DNA from: Balanoglossus misakiensis
Lineage: Eukaryota > Animalia > Hemichordata
DNA length: 64,000 nucleotides
Direction of reading: 5' to 3'
Assembly: GCA_040954595.2 (NCBI GenBank)
Contig: CM082596.2
Span: 11,276,454 to 11,340,453 of the forward strand
Shown: piece after piece, positions 12,940-24,486 of the stretch
Layout: each line of letters opens with the position of its first letter
Numbering within the stretch: position 1 is the first letter of the stretch
Notes under the pieces: generated by a model
What the model saw: only the letters and a program-made list of their open reading frames with translations
Database searches by the model: none
Told to the model about the DNA's origin: nothing
Translations under genes and position numbers: made by a program

Positions 12940-13056
12940 ATGTCAATGAATATATGGAGAGAGCAGATCTTTGTGGAGGCCAGTGTGTGAATACAGCAGG
13001 CTCTTTTTATTGCACTTGTGCTGTGGAATATTGATTGGTCAATGGAGAGTGTACAG
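12940..13056 (+). pseudogene. cbEGF exon with premature stop: DVNEYMERADLCGGQCVNTAGSFYCTCAVEY*LVNGECT
   Basis: tttcAG/GTAAG sites, 117 bp; first Cys replaced by Tyr; TGA at 13032-13034. Confidence 0.85.
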
Positions 13057-13099
13057 GTAAGATCAACACAATATAGAAATAATGCACGATGCCCTGACC

Positions 13100-13445
13100 A
13101 TTAATGTTTGTTTATGGGCAAGGGCGAGGGGAAAGCCCAAAATTCATGGGCAAGGCTTCTGAGCCCATGAAATTTGGCTTTCCTAGAGCCCGAGCCCTGC
13201 ATTTATTTCCATTACATTACCAACAATCTCAAGAAAACCATCAATATTTATGAAAATGTCCCACACACAAGACTAGGGGCCCCGGAACTTGTGTTATGCA
13301 AAATGTTGTGTTCACTGAACTATTTGCTAATATTACTATTCAGATTTACGGGCATGTAAACAAACCATTACTGGGTATTTGTGGTCAGTGATGTCGTTCA
13401 TCTTGACCAATTAAAATGCGACGCACAGACCATGGTAATATAATA
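13100..13445. mobile_element. Hairpin-ended non-autonomous element (Crypton-like architecture)
   Basis: Hairpin ggaaagcccaaaattcatggg...cccatgaaatttggctttcc, then attacattacca ... tggtaatataat inner inverted repeat. Confidence 0.5.
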
Positions 13446-14850
13446 TGTGGGCAACGAAAGGTCCTATATCTGTAACTTTTGAATTTTTATTCAGTATTAT
13501 GCTGGTTATCAACCATCATTTCTTGTTCAGCTCGGTGAAGCAGGGTAAGCAATGTTGTTATTGTTTAAAAATTGTATTCAAGCCTGGGTCTGGACTTGGA
13601 TGCAATTTGTCAATAATAACAGTGATTGGTAACTGCATGTTTTCATAACTGGCTATCTGTTAAAGAGACCATTTGCTGTGTGTACAGTACACATGCCATT
13701 GGCAGCTTATGGGTCAGCCAGTGTTTGCCTGTTAATCTCTCGTTGTGTATGTGTGTCTGTACAGTCAGATCGCATGGTACTCATTAACATATGTTAATGA
13801 GGGAAAGAACTTCATACCATGTAGCCGTTACCTTGGGCCCCGCTGAAGGGTCGCGAAATAGGCCATTTTTTACGCGACATTATAGAGCTGATTTCAGGCG
13901 AAGAGGACTGTGTACAAAATTGAGTATAGACAACTCAGGTTTTAAAGGATTTTCATCATTTCCACTGTGTCAACGTCACTACATCCTTGCTATGAGAAAA
14001 AGCCATCCCTTGTGTACTTCGTGCTTATCACGGGCAAACAATTTGTTTAAAATCCCTGATTTTGATATGGTGCAAACATTTCACCAACAAACTAACACAC
14101 CATTTGCCCTTACTCAAGACAGCCTGATTTGTTTGAAATGTTATAAAACATTTGTTGCTTTAGCGGAAAAAGCAAGGTGTAGTATTCAACAAGGCCTAAT
14201 TATGTCGAGTGATATAGCACTTGCTGAAGAAATTAAAAAATATGTCACAATGCTACAAAAAGGCTGCAGCTGTGACACCGACTTGGTGAATTTTGCATGC
14301 TGGAAAACTGTTGTCTTTTTAGGAGAAGTGCTCCTCAGAAAACACGCCATTCTATTGTTTGACGTCAGGCAATATTTCAATGATTGTTTAGACGATGAAT
14401 ATCAGACTTTGTGACCCAAGGTCAAGGTACAACCAGTGGAATTCCACAGAAAACCTAATAGCTGGCTTATTCGGGAATTTCTATGTGTGTATTATCCAAT
14501 TCACCTTTCTGTTGTATCAAAAGTGAGTAGAAAGTTCTCCACCTTTTTGTACCGAACGGGTTCAGATCTCACTATTGCCCTCTAAAATGCACTTGTCGAA
14601 CATCCCCAGTATGTTGTGCAAGCTGAGAAACAGATAGAGAGGCTTGAAAAGCAAGTAAGAGACTTGAGTAAAGTTGACGTTGACTTTTTCAAAATGCTTG
14701 ATTTGGTGGCTGTGAAATTAAATGCCAGCATTTATCAGCAATCTTAAAAATTCAGTAATTACTGCAAAACAAACACTGTTGATCTGAGTACACTTGATGT
14801 TGAATATATTGTCAGTGAGATTGACCCTGTGTTATGGAATACTATTTTTA

Positions 14851-16042
14851 TATATAATCCAATGATATTTTTCTTTGTTTGACGTCATCGTATACGAGTG
14901 TTTTCGCAGAGCCGTGCAACTTCGAGCCGTAGGCGAGAAGTTGCTAGACTCCGCGAAAACCACGAGTATACGATGACGTTAAATAAAGAAAAATATCATG
15001 GGATTATATATTTATCACATGAAGTCTTCTTATTTTTCGTTAGAAGAGGTAGGATACAATATTCCAATATCCTGCTAAAATATTCGAGCGGCCTTGTAGT
15101 TTATTTAGCGGGATTACGTTCTTTCCCCTGCGCAACGATCTGTGGCCCCAACGAGATATGCTAATTATGGAATCACTGTCATTCATAAAGTGAAATCGAC
15201 TTTCAAGTTTTTACACTTTTGCGTCTTGTCTACCAATCAGATTCGCGGAGTCAGTCACATGGGCCAGAATTTTGATACATTCTGCCTGTCAATCATTGTC
15301 TCGCGCTGTGTACAGTTGCCTGCAAAGTTATGCTGCAAGTCGCAGTTTGACAGAAAAAATGACGCACTTCACTGTAAAACTTTATGAAAAAATAAACACA
15401 GTTCCATTGCCACATATCCTAAAACCGTTATTGTGACTGGATATTAAAAATATTAGTCCAGGAACGATGTTCAAGGTTCAAGGTTGCGTTTGCGTCGGCC
15501 TGGCTAGTCAGCGCAGTTGTGCTTCCGCGGAAATACAACCGTCGTACAGAATCTCAGCCTTGGACCCCAGACAAATGTTTTCGATTCTCAAACAAATGAA
15601 TTGCGAAGTTTTTTCCACGTCTTATACTTATCGTTGACCAGTGGACAGAATACAGAGTGTTAGTCATCCCGCTCAGCTGGAACAAAACCATTCTCGTAAC
15701 TTCTGTAAGCCTAAAATGTGCTGGCTCGCTCGGGACCAGGACCGCTAGCTGCAAGCACACATTCACGATCGTAGCGTCGACGTTTCAAATTCTACCTTTC
15801 TCGTATTGATTTTACCCAGCGATATTCTTACGGAACCGTCATGGAACCGTCAGTTTTATATGAATTATGTACAACTACGGGTACATCCACTTGTTTATTC
15901 CGTTTCACAAGAAAGTTACAGCGACGGGCGAATCAGTGTAAATAGTTCCGGTTGATGACGTAGAACAGGGGTAAATTCGGATTTTTTATTCGACCTGTTC
16001 TACGTCACACAAGCGGCTATACGGGCCAGTTCATGTGATAAA
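14851..16042. mobile_element. Hairpin-ended non-autonomous element nested in the Academ gene
   Basis: ~160-bp palindrome 14851-15010 with loop CGAGCCGTAGGCGAG; tttatcacatgaa (15011) / ttcatgtgataaa (16030) inverted pair; host reading DPVLWNTIF...TLNNSEC resumes after it. Confidence 0.75.
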
Positions 16043-16569
16043 ACGTTGAACAACAGTGAATGCAGTAAATTAAAAACCCCAACTTTGAATGGAATAAACA
16101 CTACTATGGATTTTATGACCAGCACTCTATGGAGAGTAGAGCACGATTCCTCAGGCGTTTGTTTTGTGTGTATGCTATTGTTCACTTGTTCTGATCATTG
16201 TACTTACCCATTGCATACTTACCTGGCTGACATTGTTGAAGGTTATAGTAGGTCATCTACTCTAGTGAAAATTCTAAATTGATTTGGTATTATTTGTTCT
16301 GGAGATACATTGCATAGATACATGTTGGGAATTATCAACAAAAGAACATCAGCTGATTTCACAGAGGAAAATATTGCAAATAATGCATTTTGTATAACTT
16401 CCATTGATAATATTGATAAATCAGCTAAATATGCAGCTGTTAGAGCTGATCCAAAGGACAGAGGTTTCCACGGTACCTCTTATCAAATGGTCCAACCAAA
16501 ACCAAAGTCAATTTTGAACAGTGTTGATGATATTGTTTTTGGCAGTCATGACAAACATTTAACTGTCAA

Positions 16570-17055
16570 AGATTTTAAGCTAATCAACATATATGGTGAT
16601 GGAAGGTGCTTTTTCAGGAGCATCTCTGTGAGAAATGATATTGCATTGCAAAATTGCGATCATCTACCTAGTGGACTCCCTTCTGACCCAATTTTAGCTG
16701 ACCGAGAGAAAATATTCGCAGACAAGTTAAGAGCAGATACAGTAGACATAATGTGTGCCAATCATATATACTTTGAAGGAATGGATGATGCACAACTTGA
16801 TGTCCTGTTAGACGGCACTCCTTATATGGACATTTTGCACAGAACACAATGTATGGAAAAGGCAGATGAATATGCTGGTATGCCAGAAATGTTATCTGTA
16901 GTGTATGTTGCAAAATGTCCATTACATATATACACCAAGCAGAATGATATATTTGCAAGAGGTGATGGTGATGTGTTCTCCAAGACTGAGCCTGTCTGTC
17001 TCTTGTACACACCAGACAGGCCAGGTCAACCAGGCCATTATGATTTGCTTCTTAA
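16570..17055 (+). CDS. OTU-like cysteine protease domain within ORF 16310-17209
   Basis: IYGDGRCFFRSIS (Asp/Cys box), LR..V, EYAGMPEM..., LLY...GHYDLL (His box). Confidence 0.85.
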
Positions 17056-18155
17056 CAGGCAGTTAATTAAAAGTAAAGATAGTCTGGTGAGTGAAAATGC
17101 ACGGAATTCATTTGAACGGTGGCAGGAATTAAACAGTGGCTTTTGTTCACAAAATACAGTAGACTCTGAAATGAATGAAATTTTTGGCAATTTGTGGAAA
17201 CAATACTAAAATCATGGTTGACAGATCTATCTAAAAAAATACTGGTACAGGTTTGGTTGCACCTGTGAGAAAAGCCTGTACATTTACGGAGAAAAAAATC
17301 CGATGATACTGTTCATGATAATGTAGTATTTAAACCACCTCTACTGAGACAACATCAACCACGGTCATCAATTTCGCTGTCAGATTTTGACATTAAACAA
17401 GAAGAAGCCATTGCTTGGTCAGAGCTGTTTTCTGACAATTCTTTTTTGCTCTACAGAAAAATGCAATGCACAGAGCGGATATAGAAACAGTTTTTGGGGA
17501 TTTTAAATCAACATTAGCAACAAATGCTAACAGTAATGACAGTGAATGCTCAAATGTCATTTATTTGGGCATATCAAGTGAACACGCAGACACCATTGAA
17601 ACTGTCCATAACATTATCAATAAGCTGTATATGTTACATTCAGAGTTGGTGTAAGAATAAAATACCTGGTTGTGGTTGGTGATGGGAAAACTTTCCATCA
17701 CCTGATAAAGTTAAAAGACATGTATGGTGCAAATTTAGACTGGTTGCAGCCTTTTATCAGAGACTGGCACACTCTAAAAAATTACCAACCAGTCATCATG
17801 AAAATATTCTGGGATGCTGGCCTAAAACATCTGGCAGGGTTCAATCATAAAGGGGGAACTTTGGAAACCCTAGTACAGTGTACAAATTTCAAGCTAACTC
17901 ATCGCTTCCTAACACAAATTTGGGAAAGTATGTTTAGATGTGTTGTCAATTCCTTTTTGAATAAGAGGGGTGAAACCCATAATACCCAGCACTGTCCCTT
18001 AAATACAGAAACAGTCCAAAAATGTTTACTAGAAGCTGTCACAAAATCTTTGGAATGTACTGAAGATAAAGCTGATCATATTGACAAAATTCATGGTGAC
18101 CTTAAGGCTCAACTTACTCGCTTGCAAGAGGAATTTCAGATTTTTTGTGACAGAA

Positions 18156-18788
18156 CACAGTACGATATTTTACCCACAATTCTCCATGATTTGTATCATT
18201 GAAGGTTGCCCATTTAATAACTTTTTCTGTTTTAGATACTAAGAATGATATGAAGTACATATAAATCTATTTATGTTTATCTAGGAAAAGTAAATTGAGG
18301 AATTAGAGTGAAAATTCCAAAATCAAAATTTAAAAGCAATAAGAATCAAAGTATTCATGTACTGCAAATGCCACACTTTGGAGGAAACAAGCAATGAGGA
18401 AACAAGCAATGATTGACTGAGGTGGCCAGTCTCTGTTGAAAGTTAACATGTAAATTTCCATTGTTCTGTCAAAAGAAAATGTCAATATCTTTTTGTTTGA
18501 TTAAACAGGTGTTTCAAGTGTCCCTGTTTTACTCCAAACTTTTTGGTATGGCTGCCTATGCAATTGCTTGATTATTTTATAAAATTCGTATCTTCTCTCT
18601 CAATAATACATAATTTTCTAAATCATTTGAAATGGTAATTGACAATAACATTCACCTTAAAAGTAAGATCTCAAAATTTCTATTAGTGGTCTACAATTCT
18701 CTCTACACATGTGAACTTTGCGTGGTTTGACTGAGTAATCTCTGATTGTACAAATCAGAATGAATTATGGGATATTTCACATACTGTG
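18156..18788. mobile_element. Transib-like MITE (CACAGTA ends, 5-bp TSD CAGAA)
   Basis: CAGAA|CACAGTAC...ATACTGTG|CAGAA; ~45-bp imperfect TIR; removal restores FCDR-RANTDKTF. Confidence 0.85.
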
Positions 18789-19399
18789 CAGAAGGGCAAA
18801 TACAGACAAAACTTTCAAATTTTGGGTTAGATTTATAGAGGAAGATTTGTTTGCATACATGTCTTTGTACATTGCAATAAGCTCAGGAAATTGGAACCTT
18901 CGAATATCGGCTTTGAAAAAAATGAACCCACTGTTCCATGCATATGACCGATCCCTGTACTTGAGGTTAATTCCCAGACATCTTGCTGACCTTCTGAAGA
19001 TGCCAAACTCTCTGTTGTTACATTTCAAAGCAGGTGGTTTTGTTTGCAATTTGTCAGGCTCAACTTGGGTTAATGTAGCACTAGATGAAGCCCATGAAAT
19101 GTGCGTCAATAAAGATGTTAAAGCTGCATTGCATACTTCTACAGGTGGGTTAATGGAGAGAATAGCAATTTATTTACCCTATAGAGCTATGGCTGCCAAG
19201 AATCTAAAAGATCTGTTATTTCCTTTCCAAAATGAAACCCATAATTCAGTTAGTGTACATAAAATACATGAGTCAAACTGCAGGTTGTATATCAATTGTC
19301 TTGAAGGTGCTGATGTATTTTCACCACTTAATACCGCCAGGGAGCTAACTAATATATTTTCAGATGACCCAGCAAAGAATAGCGTCAAGGACACTGTGG

Positions 19400-20290
19400 T
19401 CCCATTTGAGGATTATGCGGAAACAGTGACACACCAGAATAAAAATTACAGGTGACATTGCAAGCAGATATGATCTTGCGATATAGAAATTTGGAATGTA
19501 AAAAAAAATAACAAGGAACATGCCCAATAAACTGTCATGTGTCATGACAGTCTTACAAGTAGTGCTAGAAAAAAAATTGACCAAAAATTGTCTGTACAAA
19601 CACATATGAGAAGCAACTTCTTTCAGTCAGCCCTGAAACAGACAGACAGACAGACACACACACTGACCTGCCACTGGTAATAACAAATTTAATAGCCCAT
19701 GGTCTCTCTAACAGCTGGCATATTGAAGTTATGTAAACATGTCTAAGTTGGGGGTAACAACTCCTTGTAAACAGTAACTTTCAAAACAACTGGACAATTG
19801 GTTTAGGAGAAAAAACTCGCTAAATATTTAATCTTTCTGATCTCAGAATTGAATAAAAGTTGCACATATACATGTATGTGTTATGAAATTATATCCTAAA
19901 TTTCAAAGCAATCAGAGAAAAAACAAATTTCAAAGCAATCAACAAGCAGTTTCACAAAAAAATATTTGTTCAAAAGTGGCAAAAACACAAAATTGTACAA
20001 TACCTTACTTCAACCACTACAAGGAACATGCTGCCAAAGTTCAATGCAATATGACAAGCAGTTTCAGGAAAACAATTTTTGACAAAAAATGCAAAAGTTT
20101 CCCCGATAACACATTTATGAAAATATCACATTTTTTACAACATATTATTTGGGTTACACCTACGAACATGCCTACCAAATTGCAAAGCAATCTGGCATGC
20201 GGTTTTAAAGAAAAAAAAATGACCAAAAATGGCAAATATTGCTCAAAATTATAAATATGCAAATTTTGCAACAATTTGAACAAAATTAAT
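19400..20290 (+). repeat. Dispersed unclassified repeat; inverted copy at ~50150-51092, partial copy at ~48650-48965
   Basis: catttgaggattatgcggaaacagtgacacaccagaat...gcaaattttgcaacaatttgaa matches the reverse complement of the later copy. Confidence 0.85.
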
Positions 20291-20329
20291 TTCAGACATG
20301 GTTACTGTAACCGTATTCCAAACAATCAC

Positions 20330-21070
20330 CATTTTATCCGCTTGACACAGGGATCAGTTCTTTGTCCTATACTTTTTAATATGTACACTTCTCCATTAGG
20401 TGAATTAGTTTCTAGTCATGGATGCCTGTACATAGCTTTTATGCAGATGGCTCTTCATTGTCTTTTACCAAGAAGAATGCTCCCAGAATGCTTTCAAATC
20501 TAGAACGTTGTATTTCTGATGTCGGTACTGAATGTCTGAAAATGTCTTGTGTTTAAATAACAATAAGACTGAATTTGTTATTTTTTCTGCTACTTCGGGT
20601 AATCTATCTGCCAGAGGGATTACAGAAATTCATGCGATGCTCTGAAACCTGTTCATTGTCTGACAATGATTGCACAGATCTGCCATTCAGTCGCTTTTCA
20701 TTTGCAGCATATTGCACTTGTCTGTAAATATTTATCTCAAGCCGCCACAGAGCAATAAAGTTCCTTCTTTTGTTGCATTTCGAATAGATTCATGTAATTC
20801 ACTTTTATTTGGGCTCCCTAAGTACTAGATCAGCCGTATTCAAGTTCAAAATATTGCTGCTAGTTCCAAAATCACCTTTTACATCAATGCAATTTCAGTT
20901 GCATTGGTTACCTGTGTCTGATTGTATTGTTTTCAAGATTTTATTTCTTATTTTTGAATTCATTCATAGACTTGGACCATCATATCTGTCTGATATGATC
21001 AAATTGTATGTTCCAAATCAAAATTTGAAGTCAGCTGATCAGCTCAAACTCTGTCCTGTTCAGCCCAATG
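20330..21070 (+). pseudogene. Decayed CR1/L2 LINE RT 3' fragment
   Basis: QGSVLCPILFNMYTSPL, YAD-like motif, LHWLPV, LKSADQLKL remnants. Confidence 0.8.
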
Positions 21071-22770
21071 CAATGATGACAACAAAAATTGCTTGCCTTC
21101 AGACACAAATATTTATTGCATATATCATCAGCGAATAAAGGGAAATGGTTTTGAAGTTACAGTTGGCATTTTGCATTCTCGAAACGTCTACTTATATCCC
21201 AGGCCATGATACGGAGAAAAAAAATACACCAGCTGAGCTCCTCACACGTACGTAGTCATGTATGGTAAACTGGCATTCTGTCCATATGGGACCTACATTT
21301 GTAGGCAATAGATCGATGTTGTGTTGAAATCAGGCTAGTAATTAAGTTAAAACTTGGCTAATACGTTACCTTAGGGTGTTATACATTATCCAGTAACTGT
21401 TTTACTTAAGAATTGCCTTTCAAAAGCTGTTTTCCCCACGGTAAACGTATCATTTCACGATCAAGGCAACACTTCCGTATTTACAAGGCTAACATGCAGC
21501 CGGAGAGGTCAACGTATACTTTTGGGTTATATCGTCGAACGACATCGATTATTTTTAAGCGGACTTTTACACAAGCATTTCGAATTAATTTCTTTTCACG
21601 GATGTCGGGACCGATATTAGACCTCTCTGTCAGGAAAGTTTGGTTAACTTCCGAGGTCGTTTTCAAATGATTTTTGACACGTTTGTGGACGTCTCTTTCG
21701 GGGTCACCAACATACCACCGAAAACACGTTAAAAACTTCTACTATTACCGACAGATTTTCATAAAATTTACATCTGCAGTGAAAAATGGGAATCACTTTC
21801 GTAATTTATCCAGCTAACATGGTATTTTATAAAAATCAAATTGAAAATCACCTTGAAAATTGGCCTATTGCAGTCTGTTTGAAAGTTAACGGTCGCTCGC
21901 TTGATGAACTTTCATATGCAAATGAGCACCATGCGATCTGACTGTGTATATGTACTCCGTGTAGACTGAATGGGACCACTGTGTCCTTGATGCAATTTTT
22001 TACACTTATCAGGTATATGTTGACTAACACAAGCAAAAATATCACCAACTCATCCGAGAAATCTTATCCCAGGTCCTAAGGTTGTGAGATTAATAGAATC
22101 TCACACTCCCAAGGACTAGGGGTCATAATTCTGACATGACTTGGGGATTTTCTGTCCCACAGGAGCTGCAGGCGAATGTGGGACAAAATATCCCTGACAA
22201 GTGTGGGAAATATGATCCTAGGTCCTTTGTGTATGAGATTATATTTCTCACACGGGCACAAATTAGCCAAATTCGTCTTAAAACATTGAATAAATGACTC
22301 TTGAGTTGTCATCTGGCATGTTGTAGTTTCTTTATCCTGTCATTGGATAACATTTAGCGCACGTTATTAAAAAAACGCTTTGTCATCCAATCAGCGCTCG
22401 CGTCATATACAGCTTTCGATTCAGTGAGTGTGTGGGATTGATTTGTTCTTACACTCTGATCCCACACTCTCAGCATGCCAGGAGTGTGAGAATCTATATA
22501 ATTAAGATCTACGAGTTTGAAATTTTAGGTGAAGAGTTTAACAATTTCTATGCCAACCCTGTAGGGCATTCTGGGATATAGTGGGGCAGTTAACAAAAAA
22601 ATCGTGCACTTTGGGTTAAAAGCATGAAACTTGGTACACTTATGCATTGACCCATGGCGGCCATTTTCTGATATGGATCAAAAATGACAGCGCCCTCTAG
22701 TGGCCAGAAACAGACATTCATACTTAAAAACCGTGCACTTCGGGTTAAAAGCCTGAAACTTGGTACACTT

Positions 22771-23232
22771 TAGTCTCGGTTACCCAGAGCCCTCTGCTTC
22801 TTCCGTTAGGCACTCCAGAAAGAGGGTCTGGGGAAATGCTATTGAAAGCTTTGTAAAACAAAATGGCCGATGTCAGGATTTTGATCATCGCCTGATTGGC
22901 TGAGCTGTCAGTATGACCCGGGTCACTGCAATAGTTTCGACAATCGTCTACCAAAGATATTTCATATAATTTCTCCAACAATGCTAACAGAGGACGCCTT
23001 TTGCCTTTCGCATCAACCAACAAGTACTGGTCTCTTGATATGAAGATACGACAAATAATCACACATTGTCGACAGTCAGTGACCCGGGTCATACTGACAG
23101 CTCAGCCAATCAGGCGATGATCAAAATCCTGACATCGGCCATTTTGTTTTACAAAGCTTTCAATAGCATTTCCCCAGACCCTTTTTCTGGAGAGCATCGG
23201 AAGAAGCAAAGGCGTCTGGGTAACCGAGACTA
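22771..23232. mobile_element. MITE with ~158-bp TIRs and 9-bp TSD GGTACACTT (AcademH-like)
   Basis: GGTACACTT|TAGTCTCGGTTACCCAGA...TCTGGGTAACCGAGACTA|GGTACACTT. Confidence 0.92.
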
Positions 23233-23550
23233 GGTACACTTATGCATTGACCCATGGCGGCCATTTTATGATATGGATCCAAAATGACAGCGCCCTCTTG
23301 TGGCCAGAAACTGACATTCACACTTTCCCCCATTAATGGCACTTTTTGGTCATTTGTAACACTCAGAAACAGGAATGTGGGTTGTAAAACATGCTTGCTA
23401 CCATACATTCATGTGTGTATTATCCTAATCCTGATATACATGTATCAGATCAATCTTGATTACATCTTCCTTCACAGCAACAATGACCACTGCTGTCAGA
23501 CTAGACCTAAAGTATGGAAAGCCACAGCTGTCTTAAGTCCATTGTTACCA

Positions 23551-23998
23551 TTATATGCTCTGCATACATCATTATACGCTGCCCATACATCATTATACGA
23601 CGCTCATACATCATTATACCCTGCTCATACATCATTATACGACACTCGTACATCATAATACAATGTGCATACATCATTATACAATGTGCATATATCATTA
23701 TACAATGTGCATACATCATTATACGATATGCATACATCATTATACAATGTGCATACATCATTATACGACGCTCATACATCTTTATACAATGTGTATACAT
23801 CATTATACAATGTGCATATATCATTATACGATGTGCGTACATCATTATACGCTGTTTGTGCATCATTATACGCTGTGGATACATCATTATACGCTGCCCA
23901 TACAGAATTATACTACGCTTATGCATCATTATACGACGCTTATACATCATTATACGCTGCTTGTGCATCATTATACGCTGTGCATACATCATTATGCG
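23551..23998 (+). repeat. 21-bp tandem array (CATCATTATAC core + variable 10 nt); inverted copies at ~26225-26675, 33503-33953, 37252-37702
   Basis: About 21 units visible directly; produces the spurious 7-aa-periodic ORFs. Confidence 0.95.
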
Positions 23999-24486
23999 TC
24001 GCTCATTCACCATGATACTATGCCCATTCAACATACGGTGCGCGTTTGGCTTTATACTATGCCGACATGTCATTATGATATGCTATTCCTAACCCCAATT
24101 CCGTCAAAGAGGGCGCACTTATACACATGACGGTACTGAAGTAAGACTTGGATTCGGTTTTGGTTTCGAGAGACTGAAAGTACATGTAGTTAAGCATTTT
24201 CGGGCAACCATCGCGGTTTGGCATCTGCAGTACGAGTATGAAAATAAGTTTTTATAACTCTGTAAAAATATGAATATATTTGATCAAACTCTTTCGACAT
24301 GTTATGTATGATATTTTTGGCACCAAATCACAGTTTTTGCACATCAGAAATTGTTTAATACATATTTTATCATCGAGAAACATACTTCGATGATAAAAAG
24401 ATAAAAAGATATAATTTTGAAATTTTCGGCTTGAATAAACATTTTTTGGGTGAGAAAAATGTCATACATAACAAGTACAGATTAAA

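Larger units (their letters stand above)
13791..19380 (+). mobile_element. Degenerate Academ-superfamily transposase gene with embedded OTU-like domain; ends not defined
   Basis: Cys-rich N-terminus; PLHTYLADIV...LVKILN; SIDNIDK...FHGTSYQ; VGDGKT...DWHTLKNYQ...DAGL; TFKFW...GNWNL...YDRSLY...GGFV...LDEAHE; stops, frameshifts, two nested insertions. Confidence 0.75.

Noticed and set aside
13032-13034. In-frame TGA as selenocysteine or readthrough
   Set aside because: Not at a Cys position; the same exon has lost a conserved Cys and other exons in the window have TAA/TAG stops and frameshifts, so decay is simpler.
18156-18788. Calling the CACAGT element a ProtoRAG or true RSS pair
   Set aside because: No RAG1/2-like coding sequence and no canonical ACAAAAACC nonamer at 12/23 spacing; only a Transib-like assignment is supportable.
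23551-23998. CRISPR-like repeat/spacer appearance
   Set aside because: Core (11 bp) and linkers (10 bp) are far too short, linkers are related to each other, there are no cas genes, and the context is eukaryotic.
23507-24130. His/Tyr/Cys/Ile-rich ORFs in several frames (also 26051-26981, 33341-34259, 37078-38008)
   Set aside because: By-products of a 21-bp tandem repeat inside transposon arms; open on both strands, with no splice or domain support.
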